This document shows positions 22,431 to 34,100 of a stretch of 64,000 nt of DNA, piece by piece (position 1 is the first letter of the stretch; each line of letters begins with the position of its first letter). The translations under genes were made by a program, and so were the position numbers. The notes under the pieces are model-generated. The model saw nothing but the letters and a program-made list of their open reading frames with translations. It was not told the origin of the DNA and ran no database searches. Source of the stretch: an uncultured Porphyromonadaceae bacterium (lineage in GTDB: Bacteria; Bacteroidota; Bacteroidia; Bacteroidales; UBA12481); NCBI GenBank assembly GCA_964465145.1, contig CAYXJR010000001.1, positions 23,663 to 87,662 on the forward strand. The letters run 5' to 3'.

Positions 22431-22630
22431 TCAGATCCCCCAGTTCAACATCTTCCTGATTTTCCTGAGCGTCTTAAGCAGCTCTCCTTGTTTTAGGTAT
22501 CCGGAAAGACGATTGAAGTGCTTTTTGTTCACAATACGAGTATAATCAGACTCCTCATTCTTCATGAATTCGGTTGTGTACTTCCCGAAAGATTCAATAA
22601 AATCCTCCTCCTTCTCTTTTGGAACTAAAT
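22431..22630 (-). pseudogene. Aldehyde dehydrogenase (ALDH3-like) remnant
   Basis: DYTRIVNKKHFNRLSGYLKQG matches the ALDH3-type segment, joined directly to a C-terminus-like LRKIRKML. The rest of the gene is missing. Confidence 0.55.
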
Positions 22631-22717
22631 TTATACCTTGACACACTTTTTAGGACACTACCAAAATCAACTAAATTCGCTATTCTGATCATCATTAGAT
22701 TCAATAATTTTATCAGC

Positions 22718-25208
22718 ATGACAGCCAATAACTTTTTACTCCGACTAATCACAATCCTATTCCTGATTCCTTCAATAGTATTTGCCCAGGAAAAATCCAA
22801 GCCTGTTGGCAGCTTTGAATCATTTGCCAATGGACAGATACAGGGGCACTGGCAATTTCACAAAACCTGGGATAAAGAAACTGATACATATGGTCATCGC
22901 GGTGACCATTCCATGTATAATCCCCAGACCAATAAACTATATGTTATTACATCCGGGAAAAACCTGGTTATGGGTAAACTGGAACATAATGGTTTTCTGG
23001 AGCTGCGAAATCAAAAGATCTATCTGCAGGGAAAGGTATTCCTGGGGCTCCGTAAACCATCAGGAGGATTCAGATTGATTGCCGGTGTGGCTGTTTCATC
23101 AGAGCAGTCAAACCTGCATTATTCCGATGATGATGGAATGAGCTGGAAGGAAAGTTTCGGCGGGCGATTCAACGGATCAGAGTCAATCTGGGGAACTGTA
23201 TTGGAGAATCAGGGAACCAGGACCGCGGGACATTTCACTGGACCAAAATCGGAAAGGACAGCTTACTCGCCAGGACAGCCCTCAAAGCCGACGGTTTACG
23301 GATCACTATTTCAAATAATGGTAAAGCCTACTGGTTCATTCATTACTGGCCGAGCATGTATCACCGGCATGCACCAATTACCGGTGATCCCAGGCTGGCC
23401 GATACCCAGCTTACTGACCGAACAGTTAAAAACTGGTATACTCCGCCAATGAAACCCTCATGGGTACCGGGGGAGGATGCAATTTACCTTACAGGTGAAC
23501 CAAAGTTGATCAAACTCATCTACAAATCTGATTCCAATAAGATCATCAGGAAAGATCTGGATTTTGATTTCAAAGCCGCATCGGGTGAGGTTAGTTACGG
23601 GATTGAAACTATATCTCTGGATACAAACCGGATGTATGTTGTTACTAAAAACGGCCAGTTTTACCATACAAGGGACGGGGGTAAAAACTGGAGCAAATCA
23701 GCCTATGTAGGGCCAGTTCCTTCGGCTACTCAAAGACGAACCTGGGGATTGGTAGGGCATGCTGTGGAAGCAGCTGATTTTAATCCCGACCTCGTTTATT
23801 GGTCAGGAATCGGGGGAAGTGGTTTGAGCCCTTTCCTGATATCAGAGGATGGAGGGGTCACTTTCAGATCTGCCACTAAAGGCTTACCAGCCAATACACG
23901 TATTGATGGTATTGCCGTAACACCTAATGGAGATTTTGTTTTTGGTACCAATGGATATGTATTTGTCAGGGCCATGGACAAATGGTTTGAAATGAAGGGG
24001 GATTCCTATCCCTTGGCCGGGAATATTAATGGGGTAGAATATCTTGCAGATAGTGAGATAGTTAGATAGTTAGACATTGCACCTATGGGCTCGGGGTAAT
24101 GGATTTCGTTCTTGAAAAACCTTTCAGAGGACTTATCCTTTCATATTTTGAAAACCCTGAACTTAAGGGCGAGCCAGTCAAATTCGCTAAATCATCTTCA
24201 ATAAACATGGAAGCCAGCCATTATGAGCCTGTATATAATTTCGGAAAAATCAACAATTTCGGACTTCGATGGACAGGACAATTGAAGGCTCCCGTATCAG
24301 GACAATATACTTTCAGCATCCAGGTAGCCGATGGGGTCAAATTCTGGCTGAATAATAAACTGCTTATCAATAGCTGGAAGGAGCAGGATTCAATAACCTA
24401 CTCTGCCCAGGTTAAGCTGGATTCCGCACAGGTTTATCCTTTTAGGCTTGATTATTATAATGGCAGGGGAGAGTCACTTGTTAAACTATTCTGGGAATAC
24501 CCGGGCAAGAAAAAACAACTTATCCCTGCAAGTGCATTTGTGCCTGAGGAATCCGGATTTTTACCAAAACAAGAGTATGTACCCTATGATTTCAGTGTCA
24601 TTTCAGATGGAAAAGGAGCGATTGTCGATTGGCGGGATCCTGAACTCCGGCATCCAGGAAATGGTAATAGCTTAAAAGCCAGCCATAAACCAGGAGATTT
24701 TTCCCCTGAAGGCCTTACAAAAGTGACTTATTCTGCTTCCACAGCCTCCAAATTAGAGCTCGAAAAATCCTTTGATGTATTAGTATATCAGGCCTCAAAA
24801 TTAAAAGCAACATATTTTGACACTATCCCTGGAGGAAAGGAGATCCTGTCGAGATATGAACCATTTATTGATTACGAATGGAAACGTGAGATCCCTGGTA
24901 CAGATCCATTGGTTCGCGACAGCTTTGCTACTCAATGGGAGGGAGAGGTTTTTGCTCCTGCCTCGGGTGAATATATTTTCAGTATCCGAGGCGACAATAA
25001 GGCCCGCCTTTATCTGAATGATTCTTTATTGATTGATGCCTGGGAAAAGAAATCCGGTTTATGGGAAAGCTCAAAGATTGATTTTGAAAAAGGAGAATCC
25101 ATTCGAATCCGCATGGACTATTATCATAATAACGACTTCATTGTTGCCAAACTGTATTGGAAAGTTCCGGGAACACGTTACCAGTTGATCCGTTTCAGGG
25201 AAAAATAG
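22718..25208 (+). pseudogene. Secreted BNR/Asp-box beta-propeller protein with two PA14 domains, split into three ORFs
   Basis: Signal peptide at 22718, Asp-boxes (YSDDDGMSW, TRDGGKNW, SEDGGVTF) and a frame switch near 23220. Removing the 8-bp duplication at 24058-24073 restores IVRHCTYGLGVMDF and joins the PA14 repeats (FGLRWTG..YTFS..DG). Confidence 0.75.
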
Positions 25209-25225
25209 ACCGAAAATGGGGAATG

Positions 25226-25280
25226 GTGGATCAGTGGATCAGTTGATCGGTGGATTGGAGAATTGGAGAATTGGAGAATC
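25226..25280. repeat. Intergenic 8-mer tandem repeats (GTGGATCA/GAGAATTG)
   Basis: gtggatca gtggatca gttgatcg gtggattg gagaattg gagaattg gagaatc. Confidence 0.7.
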
Positions 25281-26496
25281 AGTGACCCGGTAAAAATATT
25301 TCCACCGGAACACGTACAAACCTTGGCCGGTAGATTGAGGCATCGCCTGCCATATCCCAGAAACTGTTTGAGTTTATTATATAGCTTATAAGCAATTCCC
25401 CGTTACATGACAGATGCAGGTGTCCTTTAGCGGCATAGGTGAAATAGTCTTTGCCCCTGTCCAGGCCCGGGACTGTATAAACTGGTTCAGGATCTGACCA
25501 CGGACCTTCTGGATTGCTTGCAGTCCTCACCAGAATTCTCTTTCCGAACATAGGTTCGCTCTGGGTTAAAATGAGTGTCATTTTCCCATTTTCGGAATAT
25601 TCGTCAACCGACAATTCACTCACCATTCCGCCTGCAATGGAAATGGCATCGTCCATGCCAGACGACCACTCCTTTTCACCGGCATAATACTCCCACATGT
25701 CAAGTTTCTCAATATCCTCAGGTTTAACACGGGCCAGCAATAAATGCTTATCCCAGGGATTGGTGTCGTCTATGCCATATATGTAAAGTCTTCTTTCAGA
25801 TTCATTTTCAATTCCCCCTTCCGGCAGCCAGGTACTGACACCCCAATTGGTTATTCGCACAAGAGAATCTCCTGGCTGGGAACTAAAGCCGGCACCATAA
25901 GGGATCTCAACCTGCCTGACCTTCCATTTATCGGGTGGCACGGTAAAATTGTCGACAATTGCCATGGCACTTCCAATACCTTGAAAATTCCACGCACTTC
26001 CCTCTTCCCCTCTTGTGGTGAGTTTAAACAAGAACATTACCAGGCGATTTTGTCCCTCAGGACTGGGGATAACAACTCCGCTTCCATTAAACCAATACCA
26101 TGTTTTTTCAGGTTCGATCTCAGGAATAATCCAGGCAGTAGGCTTACCCTTTTTATCTGCCGGGCCCCAGTAAAAACTGATATCCTTATACCTTGGAACC
26201 CTGCAATTCCCCAGAAAAGAGCTGTCATGTACAGCAATCGCATTATTGATCATATGGGAACCGGGTGCATGTTTACCTTCGGCGACCCCGCCAATCCAGG
26301 AGTCGGCAAACATCCATAAAGTTCTACCGTTGCCCAGGTCAACAGATCCGGCGGCATCCCCTCCTGTCCAGCCTTCAGTACGGGTGAAAGCAGCATCCCA
26401 TTCTATATCTGGTATGGCCTGGGCAATCAGGCTGTTTGTATAAATTGACAGGAAGTACAGTCCGTTTATTATTAAAAATACTATTCCTTTTAGCAT
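25279..26496 (-). CDS. DUF5005/DUF4185-like secreted beta-propeller protein (putative glycosidase)
   Basis: Signal peptide, GWTGGD..SVDL..GRTLWMFADS, PEGPWS, TYAAKGH, LLISY..N, YRPRF. Confidence 0.7.
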   Translation of the reverse strand: MLKGIVFLIINGLYFLSIYTNSLIAQAIPDIEWDAAFTRTEGWTGGDAAGSVDLGNGRTLWMFADSWIGGVAEGKHAPGSHMINNAIAVHDSSFLGNCRVPRYKDISFYWGPADKKGKPTAWIIPEIEPEKTWYWFNGSGVVIPSPEGQNRLVMFLFKLTTRGEEGSAWNFQGIGSAMAIVDNFTVPPDKWKVRQVEIPYGAGFSSQPGDSLVRITNWGVSTWLPEGGIENESERRLYIYGIDDTNPWDKHLLLARVKPEDIEKLDMWEYYAGEKEWSSGMDDAISIAGGMVSELSVDEYSENGKMTLILTQSEPMFGKRILVRTASNPEGPWSDPEPVYTVPGLDRGKDYFTYAAKGHLHLSCNGELLISYIINSNSFWDMAGDASIYRPRFVRVPVEIFLPGH

Positions 26497-26535
26497 ATCT
26501 TCACAGTTACTTTTTAACTCAGCTACTCAATTCAT

Positions 26536-26614
26536 ATACTTATACTTACGCCATAAGCCCTAAGCCATAAGCCTTGCTATCCCTGTTAACTGTTCCCTGT
26601 TAACTGTTCCCTGT
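26536..26614. repeat. Short tandem repeats (6/7-mers and 14-mer CCCTGTTAACTGTT x2)
   Basis: tatact tatact; ccataag ccctaag ccataag; ccctgttaactgtt at 26581-26594 and 26595-26608. Confidence 0.65.
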
Positions 26615-27667
26615 AAATTCTTTCGCAGCCTCTACAATGGCTTTCAGATTCTCCCACGGCACCTCAGGCTCAACCATATGGGTGGGGCCAATTACAATGC
26701 CTCCCTGGGAACCGCATTTTTTCAGCCGTGATATAGTGGTGTCATGTACCTCTTTTGCGGTTCCGAAAGGAAGCAATTTCTGAGTACCAAGGGTTCCCCA
26801 GAAGGAGATCCTATCGCCATACTGATCATGGATCTCATCGAAATTCATGCATTCCGGCTGAACAGGATTCAGTATATCCACTCCTACCTCGATCAGCTGC
26901 TCGATAAATGGGGTAACATAGCCGCAGGAGTGATAGAAAATAAGCACGTCGGGGTTGATTTCACGGGCAGAATTGATAACCTTTCCCAGTCGGGGTTTTA
27001 ACCACCTCTCCCAGAATCCAACATCTATCATCGTAGAATTCTGCGTTCCTATGTCGTCGCCCAGTGATAAAATATCTGCCCCTGCCTTTGTATAGGTCGT
27101 TGCCTTTGAAACAGCAAATTCTGTTAATTTATCAAGGAGAACTTCAGCCCTCTCATCCTCCATCATCATGTCTATCATCAGTTCATCCATTGAACGGAGA
27201 TACCAGGATGCTTCCCAGACAGTCATCTGCATAAAGGCAAAAAATGCGAGGTTTTGAGCCTGGAGGGCCTCCATCCTTTTTTTCAATTTTGCCAGCTCCC
27301 CCTCAGCGACAGTTGGATACGAATAATCAATAATCTCATTCAGATCAGCCCCCTTCAGAGGATGGTGCATCCTGGTCATGTGGAAAGCTGCCTCAGAACC
27401 TTTTGAATGCCCTATACCATATTCGTCAAAAACAGTGCTGCCGGGCAGACTTTCCCTCGGATAAAGATCAGGGCCGAATGAATAATTTCTTTGGACGTTC
27501 ATCTCAACCGGACGGTGGCACATCCCTAAATATGACTCATAATCGTCATGCCCGAACCTTTCCCTGAATGCTTTTATCTGCGAATCGCAGAATACAAAAT
27601 CAACGGGGACAAAATCAAATCCCTGTCTTTTCAATGCCTTTATGATGTTTTCCCTGGGGGTAGGCAT
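26600..27667 (-). CDS. Uroporphyrinogen-decarboxylase-family (URO-D/MtaA-like) protein
   Basis: TPRENIIKAL, DEYG, GDDIGTQ, FYHSCG, NPVQPE, FWGTLGTQ, GPTHMV..VPWEN. Confidence 0.85.
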   Translation of the reverse strand: MPTPRENIIKALKRQGFDFVPVDFVFCDSQIKAFRERFGHDDYESYLGMCHRPVEMNVQRNYSFGPDLYPRESLPGSTVFDEYGIGHSKGSEAAFHMTRMHHPLKGADLNEIIDYSYPTVAEGELAKLKKRMEALQAQNLAFFAFMQMTVWEASWYLRSMDELMIDMMMEDERAEVLLDKLTEFAVSKATTYTKAGADILSLGDDIGTQNSTMIDVGFWERWLKPRLGKVINSAREINPDVLIFYHSCGYVTPFIEQLIEVGVDILNPVQPECMNFDEIHDQYGDRISFWGTLGTQKLLPFGTAKEVHDTTISRLKKCGSQGGIVIGPTHMVEPEVPWENLKAIVEAAKEFTGNS

Positions 27668-27767
27668 GGGTTCTATTTTCGTTTCTTTTCAGTATCCCAA
27701 AATAATCAATACAGTTCAGATTGTGGATGAAAACTTGAATAATTATTACCCATTCCTTCTTTACGTA

Positions 27768-27860
27768 CCCACCTCCTAGCCAGGGAGGAGGAACAAAGAT
27801 CTATGCCCCTCCTTGGTTAAGGAGGGCCTGCCCCGGACTCGATCCGGGGGGTTGGGGTGG
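27768..27860. repeat. REP-like palindrome cluster
   Basis: cctcct-agccag-ggagg, gcccctcctt-ggtt-aaggagggc and an inserted ccccgga-ctcga-tccgggg followed by ggttggggtgg. Confidence 0.55.
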
Positions 27861-27913
27861 ATGCGAAAACATCCAATTTTACTACCTTTGAATGTTACCT
27901 AAACCTGTAAAAA

Positions 27914-28141
27914 ATGCAAAAATCCAACCGAAACTGGAAGATATGCATAGTAATATTTATCTGCCTGACAGTGATTTCCTTCACACCTCTGATCATTCCG
28001 CAGGGGCAATTCAGACCAGAGTTATTGGGCGTACCCTATTCTTTATGGACCAGTTTCATAATCACACTATCTCTGGTAATTTTAACTTTTATAGGCAGCC
28101 ATGTCCATCCGGGCAGTAAAAAAGAGGAGGGTGAAAAATGA
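27914..28141 (+). CDS. Small two-helix membrane protein (symporter accessory, DUF3311-like)
   Basis: Two TM segments with PELLGVPYSLW; overlaps the start of the SSS gene (ATGA). Confidence 0.7.
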   Translation: MQKSNRNWKICIVIFICLTVISFTPLIIPQGQFRPELLGVPYSLWTSFIITLSLVILTFIGSHVHPGSKKEEGEK

Positions 28142-29544
28142 AAACCTGGATATGGATTTTGGGAGCCTTGTACATTGGATTGCTGCTGTTTGCATCCATA
28201 AAATCCTTTAAGAAAAACAGATCAGCAGAAGATTTCATGTTCGCCGGATCAAACCTTGGATTGATCCTGGGAGTTCTCACTTATGCAGCCGCATTATTCA
28301 GCACTTTTACCTTCCTTGGTATGCCCGATTTCTTTCGATTGCACGGAATCGGAGCTTGGATATTCCTGGCACTTTCAGATGGCATCATGGTCTTTTTCCT
28401 GGTATGGTTTGCCTACCACATAAGAAAAAGGGCAAAAGAATTAGGATTCAGAGGTGTTGCAGGATTGATAAGCAAAACTTTTGGAATAAAATACGCCGGC
28501 TATGTGATTTTCCTGAGTGCCTTTCTTTTCCTTATACCCTATGCAGGCATTCAAATCCAGGGGATAGCAATATTCATGCAGGCAGCCTTTCCAGATTCAT
28601 TGCCATCCTGGGCCTGGGCTTCCATAATAGTTGCTGTGATGTTGATATACAGTGAGCTTGGTGGATTTAAAGCAATTGTATTCAGCGATGCTATCCAGGC
28701 CTTGCTTTTACTGAGTGTAATCTGGATTATTGGAGCCGTTTGCCTTAATCATTTCGGCGGCGTAAAATCCATGTTCGAGGCAATCAAAGTAGTTGATGAA
28801 AAACTCTTGTCGACACCGGGCCCAAATGGCTTACTGACCCCCCAGTTTTTAATAGCTTCCATGATAGCTATTGTCATGATCCCAGTCACCCAGCCACAGT
28901 TTACTACAAGGGTGGTAGTGATGAAAAACCTGAAATCAACTCATTACATGGCGGTCACCCTGGGGTTCTTCGCTATCCTTGTAATCCTGCCAACATTATT
29001 TATTGGAATGTATGGAGCTCAACAATATCCGGATGCTACCAGGGATGATTTCTTTGCCAACGCCTTTCTGCATGACCAATCCGGTATAGTGGCAGCCCTG
29101 GCGGTAATAGGATTGATCGCGGCCGGACTTTCAACTACCAACGCTCAGATTTTTGCTCTTGGGAGTGAGCTGAGGGGCTTATTAAAGGGTGATGAAAAGA
29201 AGGTTTTCAGGATAACTAAAATCGGCATTTTTGTTTTTTCAATGATCGTCCTGGTTTTTTCTTTGATTGTAATAGACCAGATCGTGCTTCTGGCCAGGGT
29301 AAGCTTTGCCGGGACAGCCTTAATGGCTCCGATGATCCTGCTTGGTGTCCTGAGCAGGAAAGAGGTATCTTGGTTTATCATTCCTCTTTCGTTTATTGCT
29401 CTGGTCGTTTTTATTCTATCTCTCGCTAATGTGATCCCTAATGAATATTTCGGATTACGTTTGGACTTGTTGCTTTTCGTTATTCTTGGAATAACTGCTT
29501 TTATGAGCCATGTTTTTAGCAAACCGAAATCTGATATCGCATGA
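28138..29544 (+). CDS. Sodium:solute symporter family protein
   Basis: SAEDFMFAG, FSTFTFLG, YSELGGFKAIVFSDAIQ, AAGLST; multi-pass TM. Confidence 0.9.
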   Translation: MKTWIWILGALYIGLLLFASIKSFKKNRSAEDFMFAGSNLGLILGVLTYAAALFSTFTFLGMPDFFRLHGIGAWIFLALSDGIMVFFLVWFAYHIRKRAKELGFRGVAGLISKTFGIKYAGYVIFLSAFLFLIPYAGIQIQGIAIFMQAAFPDSLPSWAWASIIVAVMLIYSELGGFKAIVFSDAIQALLLLSVIWIIGAVCLNHFGGVKSMFEAIKVVDEKLLSTPGPNGLLTPQFLIASMIAIVMIPVTQPQFTTRVVVMKNLKSTHYMAVTLGFFAILVILPTLFIGMYGAQQYPDATRDDFFANAFLHDQSGIVAALAVIGLIAAGLSTTNAQIFALGSELRGLLKGDEKKVFRITKIGIFVFSMIVLVFSLIVIDQIVLLARVSFAGTALMAPMILLGVLSRKEVSWFIIPLSFIALVVFILSLANVIPNEYFGLRLDLLLFVILGITAFMSHVFSKPKSDIA

Positions 29545-31139
29545 GAAATAATTTATTAATACTACTGAGCTTTACCCTGATTTTCTCAGGTTGTACTAAA
29601 ACTGAGCCGGATCCCAAAATCATTAGCCAGACAAGTAAAAATGCCGAATTGGCCAATGAGGGATTTATCAGATGCAGGAATTTTGTTAATGGATGGCTGG
29701 AATATGCAGATTCCACTACTGGTCTAATTCCCAGAAATCTAACTTCCAGTATATCCATCTGGAACGCCCAGGATGCTGCTGCTGATAATTATCCTTTTAT
29801 GGTTTTGACAGCTGCCCTTACCGACCGTGAGTTATTTGAGGGAAAAATGTTGGATATCCTTAGAAAGGAGACGGAGCTGACCTCGCGGATCGGAGTCCTG
29901 CCTGATACCTGGTCGTTTGAAAAACAGGATTTCGCCACATCCGAGCCCGATATAAACAGTATTATGTTTGGTTCATCGGAATATATTAAGGATGGGCTTC
30001 TGCCATTGACAGAGTGGCTGGGGGAAAGCCCCTGGTCGGAAAGAATGATCAGCATACTGGATGATATGTGGGCCCGGGCTATGGTTGAAACAGAATTCGG
30101 GAAAATTGTTTCGAATAATATGGAGGTTAACGGGGAAATGCTCCAGGCCCTATCCAGGATTTACTGGATGGCCGGTGATCAGAAATACCTTGATTGGGCT
30201 ATTCGTCTTGGAGACTATTACTTACTCGGCGATCAGCATCCCACCAGAGATTTCGACAGGCTCAAGCTGCGAGATCATGGATGTGAAATCGTATCGGGTT
30301 TATGTGAATTATATGCAACACTAAGCGAGGTAAATCAATCTAAAAAATCAGAATATGAAACTCCAATTCATGAGATGCTGGATCGGATTCTGGAAGTTGG
30401 TCGTAACGAGGATGGACTTTTCTATAATGCCGTTAACCCTAAAACCGGAGAGATTTTAGATAAAAGGATGTCAGACAATTTTGGGTATAATCTAAATGGA
30501 TTATATACGGTATATTTAATAGATGGGACTGAGGAATATCACCAGGCAGCACTAAAAATACTAGGCTCATTGAAAGGTAAATACAATAATTTCCTATGGG
30601 AAGGAAGTTCCGGAACAGGAAGTGCCGATGGTTATGCAGATGCCATTGAAGGAGCAATGAATATCTATAACAGGGAACCGGTTCCGGCTGCTGCTGATTG
30701 GATCGATAGTGAAATGCAGGAAATGTGGACCAAACAGCAAAGTTCGGGGATAATTGAAGGCTGGCATGGGGACGGGAATTTTGCTCGTACCACCCTAATT
30801 TACTGCCTCTGGAAAACCCAGGGAATAAGCCTGGATCCATGGAAGGAAGACATCAGATTTGGAGCTGTTTCTGTGGATGGGACTATTTATCTATCTATTC
30901 AAACAGAATCCGACTGGGAAGGAAAAATTAAGTTCGATACTCCGCGTCATAAGGCAAATCTGCATATGCCTGCCGACTGGCCCCGAATAAACCAGATCCC
31001 GGAATGGTTCACCGTTGAAGAAAACCAGGTATATAAAATCAAACTAAACGGAAAATCAGAAAAACATAAAGGCTCGAAAATGGCCGATGGTTTAAAAATC
31101 AGCCTCTCAAAAGGAAAATATCTATTTACAATTCGCTGA
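29541..31139 (+). CDS. Uncharacterised lipoprotein, probable (alpha/alpha)-barrel glycosidase-like
   Basis: Lipobox FSGC, WNAQDAAADNYPF, LRDHGCE, EGWHGDGNFART; translationally coupled to the SSS gene. Confidence 0.55.
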   Translation: MRNNLLILLSFTLIFSGCTKTEPDPKIISQTSKNAELANEGFIRCRNFVNGWLEYADSTTGLIPRNLTSSISIWNAQDAAADNYPFMVLTAALTDRELFEGKMLDILRKETELTSRIGVLPDTWSFEKQDFATSEPDINSIMFGSSEYIKDGLLPLTEWLGESPWSERMISILDDMWARAMVETEFGKIVSNNMEVNGEMLQALSRIYWMAGDQKYLDWAIRLGDYYLLGDQHPTRDFDRLKLRDHGCEIVSGLCELYATLSEVNQSKKSEYETPIHEMLDRILEVGRNEDGLFYNAVNPKTGEILDKRMSDNFGYNLNGLYTVYLIDGTEEYHQAALKILGSLKGKYNNFLWEGSSGTGSADGYADAIEGAMNIYNREPVPAAADWIDSEMQEMWTKQQSSGIIEGWHGDGNFARTTLIYCLWKTQGISLDPWKEDIRFGAVSVDGTIYLSIQTESDWEGKIKFDTPRHKANLHMPADWPRINQIPEWFTVEENQVYKIKLNGKSEKHKGSKMADGLKISLSKGKYLFTIR

Positions 31140-34100
31140 CTATCTCCACTTTCAGTTTCTCCCCAGCTTCTATTTTTAGTTCGCTAAAACCTAATCGTAT
31201 TTTACTACCATCAACAGAAGAAACTTTAACCGGACGGAGTTTTTCCTGATGAAATAATTTGATCTGATCTGATGAAAAACCATTCGGTATCCTAAGTACT
31301 ATTTCACTCAGATTAAGCTGACCATGATTTAGATCGATCTGGTATTTAAATCTATTTTGATCTTTCTTTTGCGAATAGCTCCCCCATCCTTCAGCGGTAA
31401 CGAAAGGAGCCCGGAAATCCTCAGGTGTAAGTCGCGGATCAAATTCAATCATCCCTTTCGGACCATGATAGTTAAATCCGCAAACAGCCTGGAAAACGCC
31501 ATAACTGGCCATGGCCCGTGCGTAATGATCTGAACATTCTATTTCATTATAGGGATTTCTTAGCTGTGCATTATAGCGATCATGAATTGCCCTGCTGACA
31601 GCCAATCCATTCTGAAGAATATCTGGATTATCAATCCCTTCATAAACCATATGGGAGGCGGCCTGCCATTCAAATCCGCTCATGCACTCATTGAAATACA
31701 TGAACTGCCACTGATCTTCCCATTTATCCCGTTTTCCTCCCTTTGGCCAGGTGCACATAAGTAATCCTCCATCCCCGGCCATAGCATACCATCTCCCTGC
31801 TTTGAAATGTCTTCTGAAAGGTCCTACATCAGGAACAAAGTTGTATCTCCATAATGATCTTAAGGCCGACAATTGCTTCTCACGGTCAAAAATTGAACCC
31901 AGGCCTACCCAGTGAGCCCAGGATTGGCCAAAAATTTGATCGATATAACAACCGGCACCTACACCGATCACATCTTTATGCTCAGGATCCTCCAGCTGGA
32001 TAAAAAACTCTCCATTGAATAGCTCATTCATGTTTCCGGCGCCCTTTTCTGCAATTGAGGAGCATTCTCCGGCAAATTTAAAATCCTCCATTTCAGTTGC
32101 CATTTTCTCCCCGGCCCGCAAAGCGGATATGTAAAGGGAAGAAATAAAGCTGATCTTGCCATACCAGGATGCATCCAGTGTATTAGGCTGCGACCCTTCC
32201 AATATGCCATCAAGATCTGCATCCTGATCGATCATATATAGCAGCGACTTTTTTATTGCCGTCCAGTTTCTTTTCAAAAAAGAATCATCGGCCGACATCA
32301 GGTGTTCCCTGTAAGCGCCAAGAATCCGTCCGCACTGTCCGTCGAATGCCGGGCCCATGGAGGTCTCAAGTAAAGCCCGATAGCCAATCTCTCCATTTTC
32401 TTTAAGAGCCATTCCAAAATCAACCCTTTCCCGTTGATCACGCTCAATTTCAGGGAATAAGCGGCCAACAGCCTGGGCATAATGCCACACATGGGTACAT
32501 GTTCCGGTACAGCAGCCAATACCCTCCCAGGCCCAAAATCTACCATTCTCATGACGGTAACAGGTGGTGGTAGCCAGGGTTGACGTATTGGCCATGGATC
32601 GATCCAGAAGCCAGTACGGTAAACTTGAATCATACCAGGTTTTCACCCATGTGCGAGTGGCACCAAGAAGACTATCCTGATTCGAGGCAATATATCCTGC
32701 AACTTCCAGGGCTGAATCAAAACGGGCTGCATAGGAATGACCCACTTTCACTCCTCCAAAATCACGGCCGTAAAAATTCGGGAAATGCCAGGTGAAGGCG
32801 AAATCAACGTTTTTGTCCTGGCCTGGTTCCAGATTGGTATTAATGGCTATTTGGCCAATAAGGATATCAGATAACAGATTACGGATGGCCTTTTTCTTCC
32901 CTGTTGATTTAATATCGGCAGATGCCTCAGTATTTTTACCTTCCAGGACAGATAGACAGAATGTTCCGAAATCCCGAAGCTCTGAAATGGGTTTGCTCTC
33001 GGGAGGATTATCGGAAAATACAAAATGATCCACACCGATATTACCCCAGCCCTCACTAAAATTATCCACTATCTCCAGCTGAGCATTCTGGCCTTCCCAT
33101 TGTCTAACTTTTATCCCTTCCAGCTTCATCGCATTGCTATTCTTCCCGGTAATTGTGGCCTTGATCTCTCCATCTATCAGGAGGTTGACACAGGTTTTTT
33201 CCTTATTAGCACCACCACCAACATAGAAATTGATATACTCCCGCTCAATTTTAAAAACCGGACTGGTCAGAGTACCTGTCTGCTGATCTTTCTCTCCTAC
33301 CTCACTGCCTGAGGCTGAAGCATGACTATTCACTACACGATTTCCTTCACCGCCTACATTTCCCTGGTAATCCGGTATATCGCTCTTTAAAATCGGCCCC
33401 TCCCCGAAGGATTTTCCAGTTGTTTTCCACTCACCATACGACTCAGATTCAAAATCCTCGAAAAGGATATCCTTCCTGGCCTTGCTTTTCTCAACCGGGG
33501 CAGGGAGGGCTTCGCACAGCAGGGAGGTCAGCATTTTATTTCCCACCACTCTGTTTTGCCGGCGGCCCGGCTGGTCTGCAGCAGAATCTATGCAGACAGG
33601 ATTTTGAGTATATCCCCGTATGCTGCATTCAACAATTTTATCAGATTTATTGATGACTTTGTAGCTCATCACCGTTGCAGGAAGGGATGATTCATCAGCA
33701 TTCAGGGGGATAAAGGGTGAAAAAGCTTCCAATTCCACCTCCACAGGGCAGTCAGGATCGGAGAATTTGATACGAGCCATCGGGTACCGGCCATCAAACT
33801 CAATATTTTTAAAGCCCTTTTGGTTAATCGGCCTGACTTTATCTCCGATTATCAATTCAAATCCCTGTTTAAAAGGTGATTGAATTTTTGCTGGTTCTAT
33901 AAAATTCGCCCCACTTCTGGTATTAACCAGACTGCCGCCAAGCTCAACTTCCCGGGGCTGAATCCCTTCCTGGTCACGGTTAAAGATATCCCAAAGCCAA
34001 AGCTGGCCATCTCCTGAAAGATAAACCGTGCCAGCAAATAGTCCGCCTACAGGCATCCCAATATGTTTCAGGGCTTCAGGATCAGAATAGGTTTCCTTTT

